64,000 nucleotides of DNA from Candidatus Moraniibacteriota bacterium (GTDB taxonomy: Bacteria > Patescibacteriota > Minisyncoccia > Moranbacterales > UBA11712). Each line of letters opens with the position of its first letter. Positions within the stretch are counted from its first letter, which is position 1. Shown here one piece after another: positions 38,086 to 47,433 of this stretch. The notes beneath the pieces were generated by a model that had not been told where the DNA came from, did no database searches, and saw only the letters and a list, made by a program, of their open reading frames with translations. A program made the position numbers and the translations under genes. The stretch is from assembly GCA_030679895.1 (NCBI GenBank), contig JAUXSN010000047.1, positions 1,328 to 65,327 on the forward strand, given 5' to 3'.

Positions 38086-38234
38086 AGGCTTTAGGCTAGA
38101 TCACTCACCCAAAAGAAACCAAACACCCTAAAAAGGGCTTAAAATAAGGAAACTTGAAATATTTACCAATTTTTTTGGCTTTTTGTGTTATTTAAAGAAG
38201 TAGCTTATTAAGAATGTAGTATAGTACTATTGCC

Positions 38235-39260
38235 TTATTTTGTCAAGAGATCCTTCAATTTCTCTACCATTTCTACAGGAGTAGGATCGACGCCATATTC
38301 CAGCGCCAAGTAGTACGAAGCCCAGCATCCGATCTGCAGCGTTCCGAAAATTCGGAAAAGTATGTCGCCTTCAGGCATATCAATAACAGTAGTCTCAATT
38401 CCATAATCTTTCAAAATGTTCGAAGTAACTTCGATTCTTTTCAGATTTCTGGGATGATCAAAGCTATCCCTTATAACCAGAAGGTGGAATTTTCCTTGAG
38501 GATTTGTATAGCCAATCATCTCGTTATGGTTCAGCTCTGGAAAATAATTCCAGAACGCGGGCGTCTTTGAATTTTCATTGAACATTATCTTCCAAATCAT
38601 CGCGAGCGATTTATATTTTGTGGAAGCGTAAACGACGGGAGTTTTTTCTCTTATAATTTTGGCAATTTCTTTGCCTTGAGTTCTAAACTTATCAAGATTT
38701 TCTCTAAGCTCAGATGAATATTTATCGAAATCTTCTTTTTTGTCCTCAACCAGGCCGCAATTCGTGAGAATTCCGTAAAGCACTGCGAAATTATACGGGC
38801 TCGCGATGCGAGGCTGGATTCCTTTTGGTAAAATCGCACAGGGGATCTTATTCTTATCGCACATTTCAAGAACTTTTCCGCCGGAAGCTATCGCGACGCA
38901 GGGCAAACCATTTTTTATCACTTCCTGAAATGAAGATACTGTTTCTTCCGTGGTGCCCGAATAAGATGATATGATGTTTAAAGAATCTTTATGGGCTTCC
39001 GGGGGAAGGCTGTAAAATCTGTTTTGGTATACCGCGAATCTTTGATTTGCACCGGGATTGCTGTGGAATAAATCATTAATATAAATTCTCAAAATGTTTG
39101 CTGGCCAAGCAGACCCGCCCATTCCTGAAACAGTAATTGACTGGAATCTTCCGTCAGCTTTCACGCCCTTGGATATCTCGAGTCCTTCGACTAATTGATC
39201 CGGCCAGTTTTCAATGTCCGAGTATAGATTTTCTTTGTCGATTTTATTTTGCATCTGCAT
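38235..39260 (-). CDS. bifunctional phosphoglucose/phosphomannose isomerase (SIS-domain, archaeal-type PGI/PMI)
   Basis: SIS motif ITVSGMGGSAWPANIL and a second SIS-like half. 341 aa. Neighbours in sugar-nucleotide metabolism. Confidence 0.7.
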   Translation of the reverse strand: MQMQNKIDKENLYSDIENWPDQLVEGLEISKGVKADGRFQSITVSGMGGSAWPANILRIYINDLFHSNPGANQRFAVYQNRFYSLPPEAHKDSLNIISSYSGTTEETVSSFQEVIKNGLPCVAIASGGKVLEMCDKNKIPCAILPKGIQPRIASPYNFAVLYGILTNCGLVEDKKEDFDKYSSELRENLDKFRTQGKEIAKIIREKTPVVYASTKYKSLAMIWKIMFNENSKTPAFWNYFPELNHNEMIGYTNPQGKFHLLVIRDSFDHPRNLKRIEVTSNILKDYGIETTVIDMPEGDILFRIFGTLQIGCWASYYLALEYGVDPTPVEMVEKLKDLLTK

Positions 39261-39273
39261 TTTAATTTAGTAT

Positions 39274-40947
39274 TTATTTCTTCACTCTTTTTGTCTTCAC
39301 ATACCACTTGGCCACGCCGGAAAATCTTTTATCCGGAGTCGTCATGGAATTTATGCTCACTCCCTGCACTTTTTTGCTGGTCACGTAAAGATAGTTCGGG
39401 CTGTAGAGAAAAGTCGCCGGCACGTCATCCGCTATGGTTTGCTGGAATTTTTTATAATAATCCAGGCGGCCGGCCGGATCCATTTCCTGCCTTGTTTTCT
39501 CCAAAATCTTGTCGACGTCGGGATTGCTATAAAGCGCCAGATTCATTCCCGGGTCGCGCGTCTGGGACGAATGCCAGAAAGCAAACGGATCAGGATCGAT
39601 TCCGAGCATCTGGCCGAAAAGCAAAGCTTCGTATTCGCGCGGCCGGATAAAATTTTGCTGGATATCAGCCACCGGAAGAGCTTCGTATTCAACTTTTGCC
39701 CCGATTGCTTCCCATTCCTTCTTCAAGAGTTCCGCTGTTTGAATCAAATCCGGCCAGTCCGTTGTCGTCAGCTTGAATTCAAGTGCCTGATTATCTTTTT
39801 TCCGGAATCCGTCGTCTCCTTTCTTCCAGCCGTCGTCGTCCAAAGTTTTGTTGGCTTTTTCGATATCGAAAGAAAACTTTTTGACGTCATCCGTAAAGCC
39901 GAAAGCGCCGGGAGGTATCGGCGAATATATCTCTTTCCCTTCGCCGAAGAGAACTTCTCTTATAAGAGCCTGTCGGTCAACCGCCATTGAGAGCGCTTTT
40001 CTCACTTCGCGATTCGCGAGAACTTTGCTTTTTTGCTGATTGAAAAATGCGGCAAAATATCTGGGTATGTTGATTGAATGAATATCACTGCTGCGTTTGC
40101 TCTTGATTTCCGCTATTTTAGACGGGGAAACATAGCTCATTCCGAAAATTTGTTTGTTGTTATAAGCTTCAATTATCGAATCCTCGTCGTAATAGAATGA
40201 GAGATTGAAATTGCTGATATAGGGCTGGTCGGAATAGTAATTTTCGTTAGCCCTAAGCTCATAAGAAAGGATATTCCCCTCTCCGTCTTTTTCGAAATTA
40301 ATAAATTTATAAGGCCCTGTCCCCACCGGACGAAGATTATATTCCGCCAGCGGATAGTTTCCCGGAGCAATGGTTTCCCAGATATGTTTTGGCAGAATTC
40401 CTATGGATAAATTATTGAGAAAAAAAGCATACGGACTCTGAAGCAAAAAACGGATAGTGCTGTCATCAACCATTTCCACCCCCACTCCCTGCCAGCTTTG
40501 GCGAAGCGGACTTTTGAAGGCCGGATCCTGGATAGCTTGAACCGTGAAGAGAACATCTTCCGCCGTGAAAGGCTCGCCGTCATGCCACTTAATATCTTTT
40601 TTAAGATGCATGATGTAGGCCAGCTTGTCATCCGACACCTCGTAGCTTTCAACCAGGTCCGGAACAATTTTTCCGTCGGCGTCATATTTAAAAAGGCCGG
40701 AATAAATCAGCGCGCAAAGATCGGCGTCCGCGTCATTTCCAGCCGCCAGCACCGGATTCACATAAAGCGGCTGGCCCACAATGCCTTCCGTATAATCTCC
40801 TCCGGCAATCGGCACGGATTTTGTGTAGTGATAATAAAACGCCGCGGCCGAAACAACGAGCGAAACCGCCGCGATTAGAATAAGCCAGCCGACTATTATC
40901 CGTTCTTTATTGGAAAGATTTTGGGAAATTTTTCGCCAAGTAATCAT
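39274..40947 (-). CDS. ABC transporter substrate-binding protein, family 5 (peptide/nickel, OppA/DppA-like)
   Basis: 557 aa with an N-terminal TM anchor. SBP_bac_5 core motifs (LVESYEVSDDKLAYIMHLKKDIKWHDGEPFTAEDV; PVGTGPYKF). Confidence 0.8.
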   Translation of the reverse strand: MITWRKISQNLSNKERIIVGWLILIAAVSLVVSAAAFYYHYTKSVPIAGGDYTEGIVGQPLYVNPVLAAGNDADADLCALIYSGLFKYDADGKIVPDLVESYEVSDDKLAYIMHLKKDIKWHDGEPFTAEDVLFTVQAIQDPAFKSPLRQSWQGVGVEMVDDSTIRFLLQSPYAFFLNNLSIGILPKHIWETIAPGNYPLAEYNLRPVGTGPYKFINFEKDGEGNILSYELRANENYYSDQPYISNFNLSFYYDEDSIIEAYNNKQIFGMSYVSPSKIAEIKSKRSSDIHSINIPRYFAAFFNQQKSKVLANREVRKALSMAVDRQALIREVLFGEGKEIYSPIPPGAFGFTDDVKKFSFDIEKANKTLDDDGWKKGDDGFRKKDNQALEFKLTTTDWPDLIQTAELLKKEWEAIGAKVEYEALPVADIQQNFIRPREYEALLFGQMLGIDPDPFAFWHSSQTRDPGMNLALYSNPDVDKILEKTRQEMDPAGRLDYYKKFQQTIADDVPATFLYSPNYLYVTSKKVQGVSINSMTTPDKRFSGVAKWYVKTKRVKK

Positions 40948-41017
40948 CCTTCTTTTGTAATTTTGCTAAAAAGAAATTTATAAAATAAAGAGAAATTCTT
41001 CTCAACTACGCGATATT

Positions 41018-41248
41018 TCACACGCCCTTTGACGTAAGATAAATCAAAGCCGCCGCCACTCCCAAAAACAATACCCCCAGAACAACCGTGGCCGAAAAAA
41101 GGAATTTTTCAAAGCCTCTTTTTGTGTAATAGCCTCCGAAGTCTCCGCCAAAAGTGGATCCTAACCCCGCCCCCCGATTCTGGAGAAGGATAGCCGTCGC
41201 GAGAAGAACCGAAATAACTATTTGAACGATTGTCAGTATCTTTTCCAT
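41018..41248 (-). CDS. secG: preprotein translocase subunit SecG
   Basis: 76 aa with two TM helices. The SecG signature is LLQNRGAGLGSTFGG. Confidence 0.75.
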   Translation of the reverse strand: MEKILTIVQIVISVLLATAILLQNRGAGLGSTFGGDFGGYYTKRGFEKFLFSATVVLGVLFLGVAAALIYLTSKGV

Positions 41249-41277
41249 ATTACGATAAGAAAAAAATTATCTTTTTG

Positions 41278-41628
41278 TCATTCGTTTTCGCGAATTAAGG
41301 ATGAAACCAGAAAATTTATGGCGCTTATCACGATTACCGCCCAAAACGCCGCGATCCAAGTATCGATTACCAGGGCTCCCACTATCTTGGCCGCCAGGTT
41401 AAGCATCAGCACATTGATTACGATGGTAAAAAGTCCGAGCGTTACCCAAATGAGCGGGGCGGAGATTATTTTTACAATCGGTTTTATGAGGAAATTTATC
41501 AATCCCAAAACCGCTCCCGCCAAAATCAGCCATTTCCAATCGCCGTAAAAATGAATGTCCGCGACCAGCCGCACCGCCGCCCAGATTCCAAGGGCGTTTG
41601 AAAGAACATGTATCAGTAAACGAAGCAT
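41278..41628 (-). CDS. DUF360 / phage-holin-4_2 family small membrane protein
   Basis: 116 aa with 4 TM helices. LGLINFLIKPIVKIISAPLIWVTLGLFTIVINVLML is the typical pattern of this family. Confidence 0.6.
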   Translation of the reverse strand: MLRLLIHVLSNALGIWAAVRLVADIHFYGDWKWLILAGAVLGLINFLIKPIVKIISAPLIWVTLGLFTIVINVLMLNLAAKIVGALVIDTWIAAFWAVIVISAINFLVSSLIRENE

Positions 41629-41781
41629 ATGTGAAAGCTAAAATATGTTAGCAAGCAAAAATAAGCTAGTCAAGAAAATTTAATTATTGATTTGGATGTC
41701 ATCGTCCTCTTTACTATTTGTCAATTACCATTTACTATTTAACTACATTATACCTTTAGAATAAACTAATATCAACTTTAT

Positions 41782-42759
41782 ATGAAAAAACGCATTTTCT
41801 CCGGCATTCAGCCTTCGGGAACGCTCCATTTGGGGAATTACCTGGGCGCCATCAAAAATTGGGTAGCGCTCCAGGACAAATATGACTCTACTTTTTGCGT
41901 GGTTGATCTGCACGCGATTACTGTTCCCCAAAAACCCGCGGAGCTTCGCCAAAAAACTATTGAGGTGGCGAAAATATACCTTGCCGGCGGAGTGGATCCG
42001 GAAAAATCAGCTATTTTTGTCCAGTCGCACGTTTCGGAGCATACGGAACTGGCTTGGATCCTGAATACCATCACCAAGCTTCCCGAGCTGGAGCGGATGA
42101 CGCAATTCAAGGATAAGTCCCAACAGCATAATCAAAATATCAACGCCGGCCTTTTCAATTATCCGGTTCTTATGGCCGCGGATATTCTTTTATACGATAC
42201 CGACGTCGTTCCCGTCGGCGAAGATCAGGTCCAGCATATTGAAATCACCCGCACCCTTGCCCGCCGTTTCAACCAGATGTTCGGTGAAACTTTCACGGTT
42301 CCCGAACCTTATGTGGTGGAAGAGGGAATGCGGATTATGGGATTGGATGATCCGGCGAAAAAAATGAGCAAATCCGCCGAAAGCGCTTTCAATTATATTT
42401 CCCTCACCGACGATCCCGACACTGTCCGGGAAAAGATCAAAAAAGCCGTCACCGACAGCGAAAAGGAAATCAGATATTCGGACGAAAAACCCGCCATCAA
42501 GAATTTGATAAATATTTATTCCCTCCTCGACAACATCAAGCCTCAAGAAATCGAAGACATTTATCGCGACAAACGCTATTCCGAATTCAAAAATGATCTC
42601 GCTGAAACAATAATCGGCTTTTTGGAGCCTTTTCAGAAAAAATATAACGAAATTGATGACGGAGAAGTCCGAAAGATCCTGGGGGAAGGCGCAGAAAAAG
42701 TCCGGCCGATGGCCGAAAATAAAATGAGGGAAGTGAAGGAAAAAATGGGATTGATATAG
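41782..42759 (+). CDS. trpS: tryptophan--tRNA ligase
   Basis: FSGIQPSGTLHLGNYLG (HIGH-type), KMSKS at the expected position. 325 aa. Confidence 0.95.
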   Translation: MKKRIFSGIQPSGTLHLGNYLGAIKNWVALQDKYDSTFCVVDLHAITVPQKPAELRQKTIEVAKIYLAGGVDPEKSAIFVQSHVSEHTELAWILNTITKLPELERMTQFKDKSQQHNQNINAGLFNYPVLMAADILLYDTDVVPVGEDQVQHIEITRTLARRFNQMFGETFTVPEPYVVEEGMRIMGLDDPAKKMSKSAESAFNYISLTDDPDTVREKIKKAVTDSEKEIRYSDEKPAIKNLINIYSLLDNIKPQEIEDIYRDKRYSEFKNDLAETIIGFLEPFQKKYNEIDDGEVRKILGEGAEKVRPMAENKMREVKEKMGLI

Positions 42760-42775
42760 TTTTAAAATTATATGC

Positions 42776-42808
42776 AAAAAAGCCTGGTCAATTGACCAGG
42801 CTTTTTTT
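42776..42808. terminator. bidirectional rho-independent terminator: A5-AGCCTGGTCAATTGACCAGGCT-T7 (perfect palindrome)
   Basis: Lies immediately after the trpS stop. Confidence 0.85.
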
Positions 42809-42830
42809 ATTTGCCGAAGTTTATACAATT

Positions 42831-42910
42831 TGTCATTCCCGTCCCCGTTTTCACGAGGATAAACTCCAGCGGGAATCCAGAAAAATAAATCTAATTTCTA
42901 ATTATCCCCA
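42831..42910. mobile_element. degenerate second copy of the MITE-like element (TGTCATTCCCG...CGGGAATCCAG...TAATTTCT...ATCCCCAGC)
   Basis: Shares the TGTCATTCCCG start, the CGGGAATCYAG block, the TAATTTCT block and the ATCCCC end with 14551-14630. Its first hairpin carries a 27-nt loop instead of 8. Confidence 0.35.
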
Positions 42911-43025
42911 GCACTTCATCCTTTTTTTCTTCCATCATCTTTTCTGTGTTGGCTTCGAGATTGAGGCGCAAAACCGGTTCTGTGTCTAAGATGATTACCA
43001 AGATAAGCTACTAAAATAAGTCCTT

Positions 43026-44450
43026 TTATTCTAAGCTTTTTTCATTAACAATATTATTCTTCCAATCGACTTCTGGATAACCGTGAAGAAAGGTATTGAG
43101 ATATTTTTTTAATTCGTCGTAACGCTCCTGCGTCTGGGCTTCGAATTTAATAGTCAGATATGGACCATTCTGAGAATAACGCACAACGAACATTGAATCG
43201 GGGAGGTCAAGCCTCACGCCATCCCCCGCTCGTTCGTCGGATATCACTTCAGCTTGAGGAAAATCTTTTATCAGCACTTGGCTCATCTTTTCAATTAACG
43301 CCGCTTTTTTATCATCAGCACATCCAAGTTTAATTTCCGGACTGGAAATATATTTAGGAAGACCTGCAACAGCCTGGGAAAGCGTCTGATTACTTCGGGA
43401 AAGATAATCAAGAAGGCGCAAAGTGGTATAGCAACCGTCATCATGATTGAAAAAATCTGCCGAAAAGAAAAAGTGGCCGGATAGCTCACCGATGAACGCA
43501 GCTTTTACTTCCTGGTTTTTCTTCTTTAGAAAAGAATGGCCGGTCCTCCACATAAATGGAACTCCTCCATATTTTTTTATGGTATCTTCGACGACCTTTG
43601 AGCAAAGAGTATTATACATAATCTTCTCGCCCGGATGCTTATCTAATACATCAATAGAAAACAAAGCTACGAGAACATCGTTCCAGATAATCCCCCCCTT
43701 GTCATCTACTATTCCGATTCTATCCCCATCCGCGTCATAAGAAAAACCCAGATCGGCTTTCTCTTCCAGGACTTTCTCTCTTAAGCGTTCTGCAACAGCG
43801 ATTTCCGTCGGATCCGGTGTTCCAACGGGAAAAGTCGGGTCAAGATTGCAGTTGCTCTCAATAACCTCGACTCCAAATGCCCTAAGTACTTTTGGAACAA
43901 TAACTCCAGCGGTCGAACAGCTAGGATCAATAACCACTCTCATTTTTTTTGTAACGCTTATTCTTTCTTTTAAATCTTTGATATAAGCATCGAGAATATC
44001 TTGTTGCTCTACTTTTCCTTTCTTTTCACTCTTTTCATAATCTTCTTCCTCGACCATCCGTCGAAGCTCATTCATTCCATCACTAACTAAAGTCTCCGAA
44101 AAATCGATGGCGATTTTTGCGCCGTTATACTCCGCTGGATTATGCGATGCTGTTATAAAAGCTCCGCCTTTCCTTTTGAAATAGTATTGTGACCAATAAA
44201 AAGTGCCCACCATGGTCATTCCTATATTTATCGTGTCAACACCGGCCCAACTAAAACCACGAATAAGCGCGTCCGCGTATTCAGGACTCGTTGCACGAGA
44301 GTCGTAGCCAACAACTGCTTCGTAAATACCATGCCGCTTCATGTAAGTTCCATGGGCTTTGCCGAGATGTTCCATGAATTCTGGGCTAAGATCCGTTCCG
44401 ACTAAACCTCTTAAATCGTACGCACGAAAGATATGGGGGCTGATTTTCAT
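43026..44450 (-). CDS. phosphoglucomutase/phosphomannomutase (alpha-D-phosphohexomutase)
   Basis: Active-site TASHNPAEYNGAKI, Mg loop DADGDR, sugar-binding GELSGH. 474 aa. Confidence 0.9.
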   Translation of the reverse strand: MKISPHIFRAYDLRGLVGTDLSPEFMEHLGKAHGTYMKRHGIYEAVVGYDSRATSPEYADALIRGFSWAGVDTINIGMTMVGTFYWSQYYFKRKGGAFITASHNPAEYNGAKIAIDFSETLVSDGMNELRRMVEEEDYEKSEKKGKVEQQDILDAYIKDLKERISVTKKMRVVIDPSCSTAGVIVPKVLRAFGVEVIESNCNLDPTFPVGTPDPTEIAVAERLREKVLEEKADLGFSYDADGDRIGIVDDKGGIIWNDVLVALFSIDVLDKHPGEKIMYNTLCSKVVEDTIKKYGGVPFMWRTGHSFLKKKNQEVKAAFIGELSGHFFFSADFFNHDDGCYTTLRLLDYLSRSNQTLSQAVAGLPKYISSPEIKLGCADDKKAALIEKMSQVLIKDFPQAEVISDERAGDGVRLDLPDSMFVVRYSQNGPYLTIKFEAQTQERYDELKKYLNTFLHGYPEVDWKNNIVNEKSLE

Positions 44451-44481
44451 AAATTTAATTTAAAAATTATTCGGATTCCCC

Positions 44482-45561
44482 TTATAAATACTTCTTCCCC
44501 TTTTCCTTCAACTTCTCCACCGCTTTTTTCACCTCCTGCGCGCGGGATTTTGTGCAAACGAGAAGCGCGTCGTCAGTATCAACGATCACGAGGTCGTCCA
44601 CGCCGATGGTCGCGATCATTTTCCCCTCCCGGCCGTAAATAAGGCACCCGGAAGTATCAATGTTTATCCGTTCGCCGAAAACCACGTTGTTATTCTCGTC
44701 CGTGTTAACAAGCATATTCTGATAGAGCGTATCCCAGGCGCCGATATCATCCCAATCAAAGTCTCCGCGAATAATGAGAAGCTCCGAAGGATCCATTTTT
44801 TCCGTAATGGCATAATCAATGGAAATTTTTTCCATAGTTCCATACAGATCTTCGATTTCCTTTTCCTTGCTTTTCTCTCCCAGCAGTTTTTGTATTTTCA
44901 TCAGCACCGCGTGCGTTTCCGGCGCGTATTTCTCATAAGCTTCAAGAAATTTCCTGGGCGTCCACATATAATAGTTGGCATGCCACAAATAGTTTCCCTC
45001 TTTCAGATATTGCTGCGCTGTTTCGCGATCCGGTTTTTCCTTGTGTCCCAAAAATTCAAAAAATTCAACCCCATCCGACTCACGAATGCGTTTTCCCACT
45101 TTTGTGTATCCTAGCGTCGTGGTGGGGCTGGTCGGATGGACGGAAATGTCGAGAAGCTTTCCGGTTTCAAGAATGGCTTTTTCCGCCTCGCGGATGGAGC
45201 GCAAGAACTTATCCACTTGTCCGATGTGATGATCAGCCGGAATGAAAGCCATCGGCTCATCCGGATCAATGGTAAAAAGATAGTTGGCCACATATCCCAT
45301 CGCCGGAGCGGTATCCCGAAGAGCCGGCTCCACAATATAGTTGCTTTCCGGAAAGCCAGGCAAGGCTTTTTTTATTTTCTCGACCAGGGATTTGGTGGTG
45401 GAAATGAATATTTTTTCTTTGGGCCACTCTTTGAAACGATCCAAAGTTTCCTCCAGCATTGTTTTCTCGGAAACGAGTTTGCAAAGCTGTTTGGGCAAAT
45501 CTGCCCGGCTCATCGGCCAAAAACGCGTCCCCGTACCGCCCGCCAAAATGACGATTTTCAT
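44482..45561 (-). CDS. manC: mannose-1-phosphate guanylyltransferase (NTP-transferase)
   Basis: KIVILAGGTGTRFWPMSRADLPKQL N-terminal signature. 359 aa. Confidence 0.8.
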   Translation of the reverse strand: MKIVILAGGTGTRFWPMSRADLPKQLCKLVSEKTMLEETLDRFKEWPKEKIFISTTKSLVEKIKKALPGFPESNYIVEPALRDTAPAMGYVANYLFTIDPDEPMAFIPADHHIGQVDKFLRSIREAEKAILETGKLLDISVHPTSPTTTLGYTKVGKRIRESDGVEFFEFLGHKEKPDRETAQQYLKEGNYLWHANYYMWTPRKFLEAYEKYAPETHAVLMKIQKLLGEKSKEKEIEDLYGTMEKISIDYAITEKMDPSELLIIRGDFDWDDIGAWDTLYQNMLVNTDENNNVVFGERINIDTSGCLIYGREGKMIATIGVDDLVIVDTDDALLVCTKSRAQEVKKAVEKLKEKGKKYL

Positions 45562-45701
45562 ATAGCTTATATTAACGGTTATATTACACTTGTAATTAAA
45601 TCACGAGACGAAGAAAAAATAAAGAGTGGAAAAGTCTGCACAATCTGCTTAAAATAATCCGCTATTAACAAATATCTTTTTGTCTGCTAGCATTTATCCG
45701 T

Positions 45702-46751
45702 ATGAGCCTAAAAGTCGGAATTGTGGGGCTGCCGAATGTGGGGAAATCCACCCTCTTCAAAGCCCTCACCAAAAATCCGGTGGATATCGCCAATTACCCC
45801 TTTTGCACGATTGAACCCAATGTCGGAATTGTGAAAGTGCCGGATGTTCGGTTGGAAAAATTGGCGAAAATGTCGAAGTCGGCCAAGATTGTGCCGACGG
45901 TTATTGAATTTGTCGATATTGCCGGGCTTGTGAAAGGCGCGGCCGAGGGCGAAGGATTGGGAAACAAATTTCTCTCTCACATTCGCGAAGTGGACGCCAT
46001 CGCGCAGGTTGTGCGTATCTTCGAGGATAAAAATATCACTCACGTCCACGATAAAATCGATCCGCAAAATGACATTGAGATAATCAACACGGAACTCATC
46101 ATTGCTGATCTCGATACTGTGGCCAAGAGAATGTCGAAGCTAGAAAAAGAAGCCCGCGGACAAAACAAAGAAGCTATCAAAACTCTGGAAATTGTGAAAA
46201 AAATAAAAGATATTCTGGATCAGGGAAAATTGGCCTGCGAACTGAAATTAAGCGACGAGGATTTTTCGTTGGTGCGCGATATGCAGCTCCTCACCTGGAA
46301 ACCCGTGCTATATATTTTAAATACAAAAGATAATTCACTTGGAAACTCGGTTTCCAAGTTTACGGAAAATTTACCTTCAGTGAGAATGGATATAAAAATC
46401 GAAGAAGAACTCTCCCAAATGTCCGCGGAAGAAGCCGCGGAGCTTGGTATGAAATCAAATCTCGATGAGCTAATTTTGAAATCTTATGAAATTCTCAACT
46501 TAATCACTTTTCTCACCACCGGCGAAGACGAAACCCGCGCCTGGACTATTAAAAAAGACTCAACCGCGCCGATTGCGGGCCGAGCCATTCATTCTGATTT
46601 TGAAGAAAAATTCATCCGCGCCGACGTCATCAACTGGAAAAAACTTCTCGAGGCCGAATCGTGGGCGAAAGCCCGCGATCTCGGCACGCTCCGCACAGAA
46701 GGAAAAGAATATATCGTCCAAGACGGGGATGTGGTGGAGTTTAAGATATAA
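45702..46751 (+). CDS. ychF: ribosome-binding ATPase YchF (Obg-like)
   Basis: VGIVGLPNVGKSTLFKALT, a G4-less NxxE variant, and a C-terminal TGS domain (YIVQDGDVVEFK). 349 aa. Confidence 0.95.
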   Translation: MSLKVGIVGLPNVGKSTLFKALTKNPVDIANYPFCTIEPNVGIVKVPDVRLEKLAKMSKSAKIVPTVIEFVDIAGLVKGAAEGEGLGNKFLSHIREVDAIAQVVRIFEDKNITHVHDKIDPQNDIEIINTELIIADLDTVAKRMSKLEKEARGQNKEAIKTLEIVKKIKDILDQGKLACELKLSDEDFSLVRDMQLLTWKPVLYILNTKDNSLGNSVSKFTENLPSVRMDIKIEEELSQMSAEEAAELGMKSNLDELILKSYEILNLITFLTTGEDETRAWTIKKDSTAPIAGRAIHSDFEEKFIRADVINWKKLLEAESWAKARDLGTLRTEGKEYIVQDGDVVEFKI

Positions 46752-46773
46752 TTTACTCTTTTTTAGAACCGAC

Positions 46774-46983
46774 TTAGACTTTTTTTTCAACCCCTTCTAT
46801 ATCATCCGCAATCCTTTCAAGTCCTGGAAAATATATCTCTGCACCTGGTCTATCTTCGGCTTCGGCTTTTAGCTGCCTATTTCTGGCACGCATCCTAAAA
46901 AATTCTTTACGAGCTTCTTGCTTCATATGCTCAACTAATTGCACCGGGCTTTCGCTTCCCTTTTCTCTTTCTAATTTTACCAT
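46774..46983 (-). CDS. hypothetical small protein (69 aa)
   Basis: ORF MVKLEREKGSESPVQLVEHMKQEARKEFFRMRARNRQLKAEAEDRPGAEIYFPGLERIADDIEGVEKKV. It overlaps by 8 nt with an upstream 52-aa ORF on the same strand. Confidence 0.35.
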   Translation of the reverse strand: MVKLEREKGSESPVQLVEHMKQEARKEFFRMRARNRQLKAEAEDRPGAEIYFPGLERIADDIEGVEKKV

Positions 46984-47138
46984 ATTTTTCTGTTATTTTT
47001 ATTACTTTTAGGAATTGCATAAATTTTTTTAGCAATCTCCTCTTGTCTTGCCTCGATATCCTTAAGCTCTTTCAGAGCTTCGTCATAAGATTTCCTCATC
47101 TTTTCTATATCCTTTTTCGCTTTTTCTTCGTCAAACAT
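46980..47138 (-). CDS. hypothetical small coiled-coil protein (52 aa), below the ORF-track length cutoff
   Basis: Read by hand: MFDEEKAKKDIEKMRKSYDEALKELKDIEARQEEIAKKIYAIPKSNKNNRKIW. Stop TAA overlaps the ATG of the 69-aa ORF (ATATGGTAA). Confidence 0.25.
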
Positions 47139-47162
47139 AATGAGTATAAATGAATGTTATTA

Positions 47163-47182
47163 TTGTTATTTTAACATATAAT
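47163..47182 (+). promoter_or_regulatory. 20-nt motif TTGTTATTTTAACATATAAT (ends in a -10-like TATAAT); identical copy at 53778-53797
   Basis: Exact 20-mer in two different divergent intergenic regions. Confidence 0.5.
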
Positions 47183-47433
47183 CATAAATTATTACAAATT
47201 TACGATTTACTAGGAACTTTATTGAGGTTCACCCTGCTAAATCCTGCGAAACAGGTGCGGACGTGCCGCAATTTAACAGGGTAAACTTGCCAAAAAATAG
47301 GTTATTTGCTAGACTAATGATACAAAAAAAGAAAGTCCTACGTCTTCTCGTCCCGCCTTGGCGGGAATAAGAAGACAACACCCCGCTAAGACAGGATTTT
47401 CTTTAGCGGATTTTAAATTTTTTTGATATTCTT
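47183..47433 (+). promoter_or_regulatory. structured 5' leader of the rpsF-ssb-rpsR-efp operon, with a terminator-like hairpin (CCGCTAAG...CTTTAGCGG + ATTTTAAATTTTTTT) just before the rpsF start
   Basis: Several hairpins (CCTGCGAAACAGG; TGCGGACGTGCCGCA; GTCTTCTCGTCCCGCC-TTGG-CGGGAATAAGAAGAC), and a hairpin plus T-run ending 12 nt before the ATG. Confidence 0.4.
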
